Numbered from the stretch's first letter, positions 18,731 to 28,717 are shown. The stretch is 55,167 nucleotides of DNA from Chthoniobacterales bacterium (GCA_036401335.1 DASWVC010000231.1:1-55167), one strand, 5' to 3'. Notes: generated by a model from the sequence alone, not told the origin. Program-made: numbers and translations.

Positions 18731-19170
18731 TCTTCTCCCCCGGGCAGGAAATCAATGGCACGAGTGACCTGCCGCGCTTCGGTGGTTCCAGAGTGGTTCA
18801 ACACGTATTGCAGAACCAGCCTGGTCCGGTCCGGACTTAAGCTAATGGTGTAAGGCACGTCGTCGGCATAATTTCTCGGGCTGGAATCCAACGCTGAGGC
18901 CTTGTTCCAGGGATGGTACAAATACCCCTGGGTAAGGGTCTCACCGGCAGGGTTGCCGTCGCGGTCAAACGGCTTGTAGGCTGTCGGGGAAAACGTTTCA
19001 CGCTCATAACATTCTCGCAAAAGCCTTGCAGCCCGGTCGTCCAACCTTGTCACGAACGCCTGGTAATCGGCCAATCGCCACACCGAGGTCGTCGCCAATG
19101 CCCCGATGGTCAGCACGGACAATGCCGCCAGCACTTCAACCAGAGAAAATGCCTGCTCAAGCCGTTTCAT
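18724..19170 (-). CDS. Prepilin-type pseudopilin
   Basis: MKRLEQA|FSLVEVLAALSVL has Glu5 but Ala instead of Gly at -1. The start overlaps the secretin stop (ATGA). Confidence 0.7.
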   Translation of the reverse strand: MKRLEQAFSLVEVLAALSVLTIGALATTSVWRLADYQAFVTRLDDRAARLLRECYERETFSPTAYKPFDRDGNPAGETLTQGYLYHPWNKASALDSSPRNYADDVPYTISLSPDRTRLVLQYVLNHSGTTEARQVTRAIDFLPGGEEW

Positions 19171-20900
19171 CGAAAATTTCGGCCGCGGGCAGCCCGGTCG
19201 AGCTGTTTGTCAGAACCCTCCAACGGCAGCGGCACCGGTTCGCCGGGCAGGTCGTCCGACCCGCTGAGAATGTCGCGTTCGCCCTCACCGAGTCGGTCCG
19301 TTCGGCGCAGGGCGGCCGGCACGATGCTGGGGGAAACAATCACAATCAGGTTGGTGCGCTGATTCGATCGGGTGTGGGTTTTAAAAAGGTACCCGACCAC
19401 CGGGATGCGCGAGAGGCCCGGCACGCCATTCTCGTTGAAGTTAGCCGCATCCTGCAGGATGCCACCGATAACGGCCGCCTGACCGCTTCGAACGGTTACA
19501 TTGGCGGTCGTGCTCCGGGTGGAGATGATCGGCACCTGCGTGGTGGTGCCCGGTTGGGCGTCACTGGTGCCCGCAACCGAGGAAAGGGTTGGGTTAAGGT
19601 TGAGGTCAACCAGGCCGCCGTCGAGGATCCTGGCAACCACGTCCAAGGTCAACCCGGTCGTAAACGTGTACGGCGTCGTGCTCGGGCCGTAGTTGTTACT
19701 CCCGGGAGTCTGAAGAAAAATCGTCTGTTTGGTGTCCGACCGAATGGTGACGGGCATTCCGCTTTTCGCCACCGTCATGGGCGAGTTATTGCTTTTTACG
19801 CGGCCCTGCTGCCGCAACGCGCGCAGAACGACTTGCACGTCCGACAGGTTCAGGACCAGCCCGTTCGTAAAGAATGACCCCGGGGTCAGCTGGCCCACGA
19901 TGCTTTGACCCGATTGAGCACCGATGTTTCCCGTGATCGAAAATTTTGCACCTTGCCCCGGCGAGATGCCGAGGGTCTGGGACCAATCAACACCGCCCCC
20001 GATCGAGTTATTATCTGTTACCTCCACCACATAGGTCTTGATCAAAATCTGTTCTTCACGACGGTCAAGGCGCGCGATTTCGACGGCTACCGCTTCCTGT
20101 TGTTCCGGAGTGGCACGGATGATAAAAGCGTTGCTGCTTCGTTCGATCGAAATGGCACTCTGGTTCTCACGATCAAACCCGCCAACTGACAACGGCGAAT
20201 CAAAAGGAATGCCGGGCTGAAAACGAGGACGGCTCTGGTCCGTGCCCGTTCCCGCCCCTCCGCCATTGGCGAAGGCGTCCGGCGTCACGTTGGTATTGGC
20301 CGGTTTGGGGTAAGCCGGAAACTGGTCCGCAGCTGCGGCCAGTTTGATTCCCAGGAAATTCGCGGTGGCTTGCAGGAGAAATTCTGCGGGTTGATGCCGG
20401 ATGGGGTAGCGCCGGGTAACGTAAAAACCAGGCGACTCCACGTCCGAGCGGCGAAGCGTAAACTTTTGACCGTCCGCTACGACCTGAAAACCACGGGACT
20501 CAGCGATTTCATAAAAGGCTTGCAGGGGAGTCAGGTTAGTCAGGGTGACTGAGATGTGTTCCTCGTTGGTAAAGTTCGGTTCGATGTAGTTGACTTCCGC
20601 CTGTTCAGCCAGGATGCGCAACACGCGCGAAAGCGGTTGGTTTGTGAAACGATGGGTCCGAGCCTGGCTCGGTTGCAACTGTGTGGCCGCTGCTGCTTGC
20701 GCGTTCTCGCGTTCCCGCAGCAAACGCTCGATCTCGTCGACCACCCCATCGTGCGAAGCGGTTTCCGGAGAAGGGGCCGGACTCGCCTCCGGGTTCGCCG
20801 GAACGGCTGACGGCAACGCTTGGGTGGCATCTTGGCCGGGAGCGCTTGGCCCAAACACCAGGCCCATGCCGGCCAGAAGCAACAAGGCACAACGAAACAT
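19167..20900 (-). CDS. Secretin (GspD/PilQ family)
   Basis: C-terminal secretin signature (GVPGLSRIPVVGYLFK, NLIVIVSPSIV). A signal peptide appears if the start is ATG 20900 (MFRCALLLLAGMGLVFG), 4 nt after the upstream stop. Confidence 0.85.
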   Translation of the reverse strand: MFRCALLLLAGMGLVFGPSAPGQDATQALPSAVPANPEASPAPSPETASHDGVVDEIERLLRERENAQAAAATQLQPSQARTHRFTNQPLSRVLRILAEQAEVNYIEPNFTNEEHISVTLTNLTPLQAFYEIAESRGFQVVADGQKFTLRRSDVESPGFYVTRRYPIRHQPAEFLLQATANFLGIKLAAAADQFPAYPKPANTNVTPDAFANGGGAGTGTDQSRPRFQPGIPFDSPLSVGGFDRENQSAISIERSSNAFIIRATPEQQEAVAVEIARLDRREEQILIKTYVVEVTDNNSIGGGVDWSQTLGISPGQGAKFSITGNIGAQSGQSIVGQLTPGSFFTNGLVLNLSDVQVVLRALRQQGRVKSNNSPMTVAKSGMPVTIRSDTKQTIFLQTPGSNNYGPSTTPYTFTTGLTLDVVARILDGGLVDLNLNPTLSSVAGTSDAQPGTTTQVPIISTRSTTANVTVRSGQAAVIGGILQDAANFNENGVPGLSRIPVVGYLFKTHTRSNQRTNLIVIVSPSIVPAALRRTDRLGEGERDILSGSDDLPGEPVPLPLEGSDKQLDRAARGRNFR

Positions 20901-20904
20901 TGGT

Positions 20905-21480
20905 TTAAGGATGGGTGCGCTTGCGTTCGAGTTGAATGGGGTTGGGAGTTTCGTCTCCGGCAAAAGCAATCTCACACAACGTGGACTTGAATCCGGGTAG
21001 GACCAGGCAAACGCCGTCAGGCTTGATCTGACCGACCTGGACCAGCACGGCCTCGGAGGGTTGCGACAACCGGCTCAGCGGCAAACCGTAGGAGTGGGCG
21101 AGCGCCTCGAGTTGATCTATCTGGTCAACTGGGACGGGCACAGGAATGCGATCGCCTGAATGGAACTCAACCCCGTTGATGAGGGCCACGGATTTATCCC
21201 CGTCGCCGGTGCTAAGGCCTTCCACGAAGAGTTCATCGCGCACCAGGCGCGAAAGCATCTGCAGGTAGCGTTCCAGGATTCTCGCTGAAACCACGCCGGT
21301 CACCTGCGGTTCACCGGTTACCAGGGTGTGCGCGGCGGCCGCGCTGATGAAGGGATCCCGCGAGCTGGGGTCGTAATGGAACACAACAGGTTCCGGCAGT
21401 TGAAACGCGTCGAAGGCAAGCCCCCTTCCCACCGGAAACAGGCACACAAGGCACAAGCAGAGAAAAGGCGACCGCCTCAT
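20905..21480 (-). CDS. PilP/GspC-like periplasmic assembly protein (putative)
   Basis: Signal peptide, RDPF motif, ALINGVEFHSGDRI block. Lies immediately upstream of the secretin. Confidence 0.4.
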   Translation of the reverse strand: MRRSPFLCLCLVCLFPVGRGLAFDAFQLPEPVVFHYDPSSRDPFISAAAAHTLVTGEPQVTGVVSARILERYLQMLSRLVRDELFVEGLSTGDGDKSVALINGVEFHSGDRIPVPVPVDQIDQLEALAHSYGLPLSRLSQPSEAVLVQVGQIKPDGVCLVLPGFKSTLCEIAFAGDETPNPIQLERKRTHP

Positions 21481-21509
21481 AATGATGGGTATAGATCTGG
21501 GCGGACTGC

Positions 21510-22082
21510 TTACTTGGTGATCAGCAGCCGCGCGGTAAAACGCGCTTCAAGGTAAGTGGGCTCGGGTGAAAAAGCTGGCACGCCGTTTGGCCGGCTCAGG
21601 CTCAAACGGTCAATAAACAGAAAAGGGTTTGAGTTCTCCTGTTCCGCCAGCAGCGGAACCAACCGATGCAATTCCAACCGGGAAACACCGGCTTCATATG
21701 TGAGGGCCATCTCACCCGGGTTCGTCCGGGCAAGCTGGGCGATCACGCCGCTGTCGCGAAAATGTCGAATGCCGTCCGGTTCCGGGTCTGTCGCCTCATC
21801 CTTCAACGCATGACCCGGCATCAGTCCGGGCGACCCCGAGGAAGTTTGACGGTGGTACATGGCATCCTTCAACCGAAGGTAAAGCGCATCGATGCGCGAC
21901 CGATTGCCCTTCAGCGCTGAAATCTCCCGGCTGAGGCGTTGGTTCCCCTGCTCCAAACCGGCATTTGCCCGTTCAAAGGTCGCCACGGCGGATTGGCCCT
22001 GCTTGAGAAGGTAAACTTCGCCTAAAAGAACACTGCCCATCAGGGCGATCACGACGGCCACAAAAGTGAAGGTTTGGTGCAT
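21510..22082 (-). CDS. PilO/GspM-like bitopic assembly protein (putative)
   Basis: N-terminal TM helix (FTFVAVVIALMGSVLLG) followed by a coiled coil. The call is contextual. Confidence 0.4.
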   Translation of the reverse strand: MHQTFTFVAVVIALMGSVLLGEVYLLKQGQSAVATFERANAGLEQGNQRLSREISALKGNRSRIDALYLRLKDAMYHRQTSSGSPGLMPGHALKDEATDPEPDGIRHFRDSGVIAQLARTNPGEMALTYEAGVSRLELHRLVPLLAEQENSNPFLFIDRLSLSRPNGVPAFSPEPTYLEARFTARLLITK

Positions 22083-22093
22083 CTCAAAAACCC

Positions 22094-22741
22094 TTAAAGA
22101 GGATCGGGGTCGGCCGTGCGGTTAAGGCCCAACCCGTGGTAATTGCCGTTCGGCTTGAACGCGTACTGCAGGCTGAACGAGGAAAGTCCGTTGGCGTGGT
22201 CAGGCTTCATTTCGCGCCGGATCTCCTCGGTGCCCGGAGGCAAACGCCGGAGCAGGCCTTCATGAAAGGCCTGGACGGGATCAGCCACGGCAGCGCGAAT
22301 TTCTCCCTGCAGAAACAGGCGGTAGTTCGTGGGCACACGGTAAATCCCGCCGTTGACCGCCACCCGTTCAAATTGGTCCACCTCGATCGACAAGGAATCC
22401 AACACCGCATTTTCAGGGATTGCCTGCTCGATCGCGCTAAGTAACGCACTGACGGGCAGACGACCCCGGAAAATCGGCTCCCATTCCCCAATCTGTTGAA
22501 ACTTTCGTTTCACGTCCTGCAGGGGCCCAAGGTTGTCTTGCAAGGCACGCGACTGCGCCAGCATCACCCCTTGCTGCGCCCGGAGTTCCTGGTGGCGTTG
22601 CCAAAGGACGAAAACCCCTAAGGCAAACGGCGCCTGCAGGAGGCACGTGGCCATCAACGCGCCCGCTGCCAGTCGAAAAACCGGGCCGTGCCGGTAGGCA
22701 CGCCCCAGGACCCGTTCCGGCGAAACAAACAGGTTTTTCAT
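22094..22741 (-). CDS. PilN-like bitopic assembly protein (putative)
   Basis: Short cytoplasmic N-terminus (KNLFVSPER, reminiscent of the INLLP-type PilM-binding peptide), one TM helix, a coiled coil and a periplasmic domain. ATGA overlap with the upstream gene. Confidence 0.4.
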   Translation of the reverse strand: MKNLFVSPERVLGRAYRHGPVFRLAAGALMATCLLQAPFALGVFVLWQRHQELRAQQGVMLAQSRALQDNLGPLQDVKRKFQQIGEWEPIFRGRLPVSALLSAIEQAIPENAVLDSLSIEVDQFERVAVNGGIYRVPTNYRLFLQGEIRAAVADPVQAFHEGLLRRLPPGTEEIRREMKPDHANGLSSFSLQYAFKPNGNYHGLGLNRTADPDPL

Positions 22742-23736
22742 GCAAGATCACGGACGAGCCAACGCAGCAGGCAGGCAGCCGCCGACTTCTCTGCCGTCCC
22801 GCCTCCTTTCGGACGCCTGGACACCGCCGCGGTGTCCGTTACCTGTTCCATCAAGCCGGCGGTGATGCGCACCCCCTCGAACGTGTCAGGAACCGTGCAT
22901 CGGGAACCGCCCAGGCTCCACAGGTAAACCCGGCGCGTGGTGACCCCGAGCCCCTGGGCATGGCCAACCAATTCTTCCCACGCGTTGTCGTCGTCGTCGA
23001 CGGCATACTGTCGGAACAGAACAATCCGCTGTTCAACAACGATGGCGACCACGGTCATTTGCTCAAGTTCAACGAGTAACGCGCACGGCTCGGATTCGGG
23101 AGCAAGGTTCGTGAGAAACCATTTTACGCACGCAAGCGACGGAGGAATGATGGCCACGAGCGAAGCCTGCTGCCGTTCCACCCATGAATCGATCTGGTCG
23201 CAGTACTCAGCTGGAAGGCCCACGATCATCACCTGCCGCTCTCGTGCGTCAAAGCTACCCTCGCAAAGCTTCAACCCAGGCGATAACACCGCCCAGCGAA
23301 ACTCCCGGATTTCATCCCAGGCACCAAAGACTTGGCGAGGATCTTCCGCCAGGCTTTCCAGAAGGCTCTGCGCATCGTTTTCCCGCAGGCTGCTGACACT
23401 GTGCGCATTGCAGTACAGATCCCCCACGGCCAGTTCCGGCAGCATCACGTATTGGGCGGCTCCCCTTGCCCGCCACCGGCCGAGCAACTTGGCAGTAAAG
23501 GTACGGCTCACCGACGGGCCAACGTCCCGCACAGATCCAGGAACGGGCGGCCGGTCCGGCAGATTATCCAGTCCCTTTTCATACCCTAACACTTGCGGGC
23601 CGCACATCACCAGGGCCGATACCTGTTCCGCAGCCAGAACCACAGCCACCATCGGTTCGCCGTTCCGGAACAAACCGCCCCCGAGGTAATAGCGCAAGGG
23701 AAAAGCGCGAACAAAATGGATTAAGGAATACGCCAT
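22738..23736 (-). CDS. PilM/GspL-like cytoplasmic assembly protein (putative)
   Basis: 332 aa, no TM helix or signal peptide. Its position between the platform gene and the PilN-like gene fits PilM/GspL. I saw no clear actin-fold ATP motifs. Confidence 0.35.
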   Translation of the reverse strand: MAYSLIHFVRAFPLRYYLGGGLFRNGEPMVAVVLAAEQVSALVMCGPQVLGYEKGLDNLPDRPPVPGSVRDVGPSVSRTFTAKLLGRWRARGAAQYVMLPELAVGDLYCNAHSVSSLRENDAQSLLESLAEDPRQVFGAWDEIREFRWAVLSPGLKLCEGSFDARERQVMIVGLPAEYCDQIDSWVERQQASLVAIIPPSLACVKWFLTNLAPESEPCALLVELEQMTVVAIVVEQRIVLFRQYAVDDDDNAWEELVGHAQGLGVTTRRVYLWSLGGSRCTVPDTFEGVRITAGLMEQVTDTAAVSRRPKGGGTAEKSAAACLLRWLVRDLA

Positions 23737-23784
23737 GCGATAACTACCTTATAACGTTTTCTGATAACGTTTGTAAAGAATGTT

Positions 23785-25002
23785 TTAAATGTTTTGCATG
23801 ATTTGTAACGCAGGAAGGAACGTGGCAAACACGATCCCGCCAATCACCAACCCCAGCAACACAATCAGCAGCGGATCGAGCACCTGACGCAAGGTGCCGA
23901 TGTACCCGTCAAGCTCCCGTTCAAGCAACTCCGTCAGACGCTCCAGACCTTCCGTGCCGGCACCGGACATTTCCATAAAGCGGATGCCGTTAACCATCAT
24001 CTCACCAAAGATTTCCACGTCGTCGCTTAATGACCTGGAAAGCGGTTCGCCGCGTTGAACCCGAACCAGGGCGCGGGCAATGGCGGACCGGTATTCGTAA
24101 TTCCAACTCAGGTCGCGGCAAAGCAGCAGGGCCTGGGTTGTTTTGGCGTGGGCACGCTTCAACTGGGCGAAGGTCCGGCTGAAATTTGCGCGCACCAATA
24201 ATCCCAGGAGCCTTCCCGCAACCGGCAACCGCCACGCCAGCCGATGAAGGATTGGGTGTCGCTTGATGAATGGCGGCACGCGGGCGGTCACGCCCATCAA
24301 CCCGACCAACGAGAGGGCGACTGCTGCCGGGTGGCCCGTGACCCCGTGCGACACGGCAACCAACACCCGCGTGGCAAGGGGCAGATCAGCTTTCATTTCC
24401 GCCAGCACGCTGATAAACTGAGGAACCACCCGCGTGATTAACAGCCAGACCACGCCGGTCGCTGCGATCAGGACGATCGCCGGGTACACCAGCATCATGG
24501 CCAGGCGGTGCCGGAGTTCTTCGTTGCGAGCCCAGATCCGCCGGACGTTCGTGAGCGCATCGGCAAACGTGCCCCCTTCCTCACCAGCCGCGATCAAACC
24601 GACCGTGACCTCGTCGAAAACGGCAGGGTACAAACTAAGGGCACGGGCAAACGACGTCCCCCGGGAAACCTGGGTACGCAGTTCCCGGACAACCCCGGCC
24701 AATTCCCGGGCCGCTCGTTTCCTGGTCGATAGCCCGTCAATGCAGATGCCCAAGGCGGTTCGCACGTCCATGCCCAGGTACGTGCACGTTTCCAACTGTT
24801 CCAAAAAGCCCAGCTTTACCCGCAGCGGAAGCCGGACCCGATGGTTTGAAGGCCGCCCCACGGTCGCTTCGCGCACCTGCACCACCGGCCGGTTCTGATG
24901 AAAAAGCTGCCCGTTTAGCGCCGGCAGAGAAGGCGCTTCCGCAAAGCTCCGCGTGTAGGGCGCGTGCTTTCGCGCCTGGGTTACCACTTCGTAACGCGGC
25001 AT
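23785..25002 (-). CDS. GspF/PilC-family inner-membrane platform protein
   Basis: Two T2SS-F repeats (FARALSLYPAVFDEVTVGLIAAGEEGG; LSRSLSDDVEIFGEMMVNGIRFMEMSG) and three TM helices. Confidence 0.9.
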   Translation of the reverse strand: MPRYEVVTQARKHAPYTRSFAEAPSLPALNGQLFHQNRPVVQVREATVGRPSNHRVRLPLRVKLGFLEQLETCTYLGMDVRTALGICIDGLSTRKRAARELAGVVRELRTQVSRGTSFARALSLYPAVFDEVTVGLIAAGEEGGTFADALTNVRRIWARNEELRHRLAMMLVYPAIVLIAATGVVWLLITRVVPQFISVLAEMKADLPLATRVLVAVSHGVTGHPAAVALSLVGLMGVTARVPPFIKRHPILHRLAWRLPVAGRLLGLLVRANFSRTFAQLKRAHAKTTQALLLCRDLSWNYEYRSAIARALVRVQRGEPLSRSLSDDVEIFGEMMVNGIRFMEMSGAGTEGLERLTELLERELDGYIGTLRQVLDPLLIVLLGLVIGGIVFATFLPALQIMQNI

Positions 25003-25020
25003 GGCAGGCCACCTTCCGGT

Positions 25021-25500
25021 TCAGCGAGTGACCGTGGTCTGCGGGTTCACTCCGTTGGAGCCGGTGGCCGCATCGCTCTCGACGCCCGGCGTCGTCGGCA
25101 CATGGAACCTGGTGAGCAGGTCATTAAACTTCTGGTTTGTACCCGCAGCCGTGAAATAAGCGGTTTGGATGAGGTCACCCGGATTGATGGTGCCACCCGT
25201 TCCCTGGCTGAGCGCAGCCTGGTCCTTGATCGGCTGACCCAGTTGAACCAGGTAAGGCTGTAAGTCCGTGAACGCGGCCGTCGTGGCATCTGCGTGGTCC
25301 AGACGGAACTGCACCTTTGCTTTCTCCACGGCATCGATGCGCTGAGCCGCCATCGCTGCCTGACTTTTTTGAAAGGAATCGACAATCGCAGGATACACAA
25401 TTCCTGCTAAGGTTGCAATAATCGCTAGGACAACCAATAATTCAACCAACGTTAACCCAGCCTCATGCTGACCCTGCATCCCCCAACGTCCTTGTCTCAT
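25021..25500 (-). CDS. Major pseudopilin / pilin (GspG-like)
   Basis: Prepilin leader ...GQHEAG|LTLVELLVVLAIIATLAGIV with Glu5. First gene of the operon, 159 aa. Confidence 0.8.
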   Translation of the reverse strand: MRQGRWGMQGQHEAGLTLVELLVVLAIIATLAGIVYPAIVDSFQKSQAAMAAQRIDAVEKAKVQFRLDHADATTAAFTDLQPYLVQLGQPIKDQAALSQGTGGTINPGDLIQTAYFTAAGTNQKFNDLLTRFHVPTTPGVESDAATGSNGVNPQTTVTR

Positions 25501-25678
25501 AAACAGCTACTCTCTACTCCCAACGCAATTTTTTATCGTAACAAACGGTCCGGAAAACATTCGTTACACACTTCGTTATGCTGCAAAACGCGGCCGATCT
25601 TATTCATGCGGGTAGGTTGGGCAAGAACAAATTAAAAGTTATTACATGAAATTGATAGTGCATTGGCTTCGATAACTT

Positions 25679-26680
25679 CTAAGCCGGATCTTCGGCCCGG
25701 AGGTTGCGTTCCAGCAGGTCTTGCAAAACTTCCATCACGTTGCGGTTATCGAAAAGGATTGCTCCAACGGCCTCCGTCAGCGGCGCATCTACACCCCGCG
25801 CCCTGGCCAACTCACGGGCCGCCCGCGTCGTGGGAATGCCCTCGGCAACCATGTTCATACCGGCCACAATGGCCTCGAGGCGCTCGCCACGGCCCAACCG
25901 TTCGCCTACCCGGCGGTTCCGGCTGTGCCGGCTGAATGCCGTCACCATCAGGTCCCCCGCCCCGCTCAGCCCGTAAAACGTGTCGCGCCGCCCGCCCAGG
26001 ACGGTGCCGAGCCGGACCATTTCAGCCAGGGCGCGGGTGGTCAAGGCAGCCTTGGAGTTATCACCAAAGCCAAGGCCGTCGCTCATGCCGGCCGCAAGGG
26101 CAAACACATTCTTGAGCGCTCCGCCGACCTCGACGCCGGGCAGGTCGGTGCTCGTGTAGATGCGGAAGTGGGGCGTGGAAAGGAGTTGCTGCAACTCGGC
26201 GGCGAGGTCCGGTGCTCCCGCCAGGACGGTGGCCGCCGGGACGTTGCGACTGACCTCTTCAGAATGGTTGGGACCGGAAAGGGCTGTGACGGCCTGCCGG
26301 GGAAAGACCTCCGACAACACCTGGCTCATGCGAAGGTGGGTGCCCGCTTCGATTCCTTTCACTGCAGATACGAACACTGCCGTAGCCGGCAGGGTCCCGG
26401 CACCTGAGACCAGGTGGGCCACGGCCCGCAGCCCGGCCGATGGCACGGCCCAGACCACGACGTTGGCTTCGGCCACCGCTGAGCTCAGGTTATCGGTAAC
26501 CACCAGCTCCTCGGGCAGGGTCACGCCAGGCAGGTAAGCCTCGTTGCGCCGGGCCCGGGCGATCTCCCGGGCCAAGCCAGCGCGCCGGCACCAGAGGGTC
26601 ACCGGGGACCGCTTGGAAACAGCCAAGGCGGCCAGGGCAGTGCCCCATCCTCCAGCGCCAAGAACGGTGATGCGTGCCAT
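25679..26680 (-). CDS. gpsA: NAD(P)H-dependent glycerol-3-phosphate dehydrogenase
   Basis: MARITVLGAGGWGTALA Rossmann start at 26680. Also GPNHSEEV, LKNVFALAAGMSDGLGFGDNSKAAL and GDLMVT motifs. Confidence 0.9.
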   Translation of the reverse strand: MARITVLGAGGWGTALAALAVSKRSPVTLWCRRAGLAREIARARRNEAYLPGVTLPEELVVTDNLSSAVAEANVVVWAVPSAGLRAVAHLVSGAGTLPATAVFVSAVKGIEAGTHLRMSQVLSEVFPRQAVTALSGPNHSEEVSRNVPAATVLAGAPDLAAELQQLLSTPHFRIYTSTDLPGVEVGGALKNVFALAAGMSDGLGFGDNSKAALTTRALAEMVRLGTVLGGRRDTFYGLSGAGDLMVTAFSRHSRNRRVGERLGRGERLEAIVAGMNMVAEGIPTTRAARELARARGVDAPLTEAVGAILFDNRNVMEVLQDLLERNLRAEDPA

Positions 26681-26716
26681 GGCTGAAAACAAAAGCACGT
26701 CAGGCCAGCGCAACCT

Positions 26717-27343
26717 TCAGCCGGCTCGCTTGCGCGAAAAGCGGGACTCGGTGCCCTGGCTCAGGCGCACGATGTTTGCGCGATGACGCCAGATGGCCAG
26801 CGCCGCAATCAAGAGGGCGAAACCGAACAGGATCCAGAAATCCCGGGTGAAATCCGCCGTCAGCAGAAACACTGCCACCGGCAGGCACGCGGCAGCGCAA
26901 ATGGAAGCCAGCGAGACGTAGCGGCACACCAGAAAGACAACAATCCAGACAACCACGGTGCTTAGCAGAACCAAGGGTTGGAAAAGCCCGAGCAACACGC
27001 CCGAGGATGTAGCGATGCCCTTGCCACCCTTGAACCCGAGCCACACGGTGTAATTATGACCCAGAATGCAGGCAATCGCTCCGAGAACCCCGCCCACGGT
27101 CAGGCTGACATGACCGGCTCCCGCGATGAACGTGGCAAGCCGGACGGAGGCTAAACCTTTCAACGCATCGCACGCGAAGACCAGGTACCCCCACTTTTTG
27201 CCCATCACCCGCAGCACGTTCGTTGCGCCGATGTTCTTACTTCCGTGCTGACGAATGTCGATGCCTCGCGACCGGGCCACCAAGTAACCGCTCGGGATGG
27301 ACCCGAGCAGGTAAGTGAGTGCCACGATGAAGACAAAAACCAT
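26717..27343 (-). CDS. plsY: Glycerol-3-phosphate acyltransferase PlsY
   Basis: LLGSIPSGYLVARSRGIDIRQHGSKNIGATNVLRVMGKKWG and GFKGGKGIATS motifs. I prefer the internal start MVFVFIV at 27343. Confidence 0.9.
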   Translation of the reverse strand: MVFVFIVALTYLLGSIPSGYLVARSRGIDIRQHGSKNIGATNVLRVMGKKWGYLVFACDALKGLASVRLATFIAGAGHVSLTVGGVLGAIACILGHNYTVWLGFKGGKGIATSSGVLLGLFQPLVLLSTVVVWIVVFLVCRYVSLASICAAACLPVAVFLLTADFTRDFWILFGFALLIAALAIWRHRANIVRLSQGTESRFSRKRAG

Positions 27344-27462
27344 GCCTGCCCGCCTTCCTATACCGGCCCCAGCCGAGGCACAAGCGCAGAACACCCCCAG
27401 CAAGGCAGGACGCGAGAATGCCCTTTCCCAAGTTCCCGCCATCTGCCATGATGCCACCGTTT

Positions 27463-27951
27463 ATGGATGTTCTGACCCGCATAGAAGCCGCCACCATGGA
27501 GGACCTTCCCGCGTTGACGGAACTGCTTAAAGACCTGTTTTCGCGGGAAAGCGATTTCCGGCCCGATTACAACACCCAGATGCGTGGCCTGCGGCTGATC
27601 CTGGAGCAGCCCAACCGCGGCCGCATCTTCGTGCTCCGGAGCGCCCACCAGATTATCGGGATGATCAACCTGTTGTTCACCATCAGCACCGCCGAAGGCG
27701 GGTTCGTGATCCTTTTGGAAGACCTGGTGGTGAACCGGGATTTCCGGCACCAGGGTTTCGGGGGTCAGTTGCTGCATTTCGCCCTCGATTTTGCGAAGCA
27801 GAAAGACTTTTTGCGGATCACGTTATTGACCGATTGCCTCAGCCCCGAATCGCTCGTCTTTTTTGAGCAGCACGGTTTTCAGCGTTCCGAGATGGTGCCG
27901 ATGCGCCTGTGGTTGGGGCCTGCGGCCGAGTGGCGGCAAGGCCGCAACTGA
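27463..27951 (+). CDS. GNAT-family N-acetyltransferase
   Basis: LEDLVVNRDFRHQGFGGQLL acetyl-CoA-binding motif. The start is ambiguous (ATG 27418, 27448 or 27463). Confidence 0.75.
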   Translation: MDVLTRIEAATMEDLPALTELLKDLFSRESDFRPDYNTQMRGLRLILEQPNRGRIFVLRSAHQIIGMINLLFTISTAEGGFVILLEDLVVNRDFRHQGFGGQLLHFALDFAKQKDFLRITLLTDCLSPESLVFFEQHGFQRSEMVPMRLWLGPAAEWRQGRN

Positions 27952-27952
27952 C

Positions 27953-28717
27953 ATGGTAAAACTTCTGGTGCTCGGGTCTGCGGCCGGTTATCCCAGTCCG
28001 GGCCTCGGCTACTCTTCCTGCCGGTTGCAGACTCAAAGCGCGGAGGTGCTCATCGACGCGGGCGAACCCTGCAGCCGGTCCCTGGTGGAACGCGGGCTGT
28101 ACCCGAGCACCCTGGACGCGGTGTTTCTTACCCATGGGCATGCGGACCACACCGGTGGTCTGCCCATGCTGCTCCAAACCGCCATCATCCTCAAACGCAG
28201 CAAGCCGCTGACGTTGGTGATGCCGGGAGAGCTTGTCGGACCCTTACGGGCCTGGCTTGAAGCTGCCTGCATCGGGCCGTCGGTCTCGCCGTTTGCGATG
28301 AATTTCGTGGCCTGGGAAGACCAACGCGTTTTTACAGGGTTCGGCCTGCAGGTTCAACCCGAGCTGACGCGCCACCTCGAATACCTGCGGCCGGTGAGCA
28401 CGTTGCCGCTGCACGCGTTCAGCCTGCGAATTGCCATCGGTGACGTCAACCTGGTGGTTTCCGGGGACATCGCCGACCCGGAAGACCTTGGGCCGCAGCT
28501 GCATCAACCGGTCGACCTGCTCCTGTGCGAACTCGCGCATTTTGAGCCGGAACGGCTGTTTACCTTTCTGCGGGGAAAAACCGTCACGACGTTGTTGGTA
28601 ACGCACGTGGCCTCACGCTTCTTGCCCCAAAAAAGCACTTTGGCCGCCCGCGCCCGGGAACTGCTGCCACAAACGTCAACCCTGTTCGCCGAAGACGGTT
28701 TAACCCTCGAATTTTAG
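27953..28717 (+). CDS. MBL-fold metallo-hydrolase
   Basis: Start MVKLLVLGSAAG lies 1 nt after the GNAT stop. THGHADHTGG metal-binding motif. Confidence 0.8.
   Translation: MVKLLVLGSAAGYPSPGLGYSSCRLQTQSAEVLIDAGEPCSRSLVERGLYPSTLDAVFLTHGHADHTGGLPMLLQTAIILKRSKPLTLVMPGELVGPLRAWLEAACIGPSVSPFAMNFVAWEDQRVFTGFGLQVQPELTRHLEYLRPVSTLPLHAFSLRIAIGDVNLVVSGDIADPEDLGPQLHQPVDLLLCELAHFEPERLFTFLRGKTVTTLLVTHVASRFLPQKSTLAARARELLPQTSTLFAEDGLTLEF

Noticed and set aside
25536-25580. Three direct TCGT(A/T)A(C/T)(A/G) words (25536, 25561, 25573) in the AT-rich region upstream of the pilin operon. I also looked for a sigma-54 GG-N10-GC element there.
   Set aside because: The 8-mers are short and degenerate with irregular spacing, and no TGGCAC-N5-TTGC-like element was found on the coding strand.
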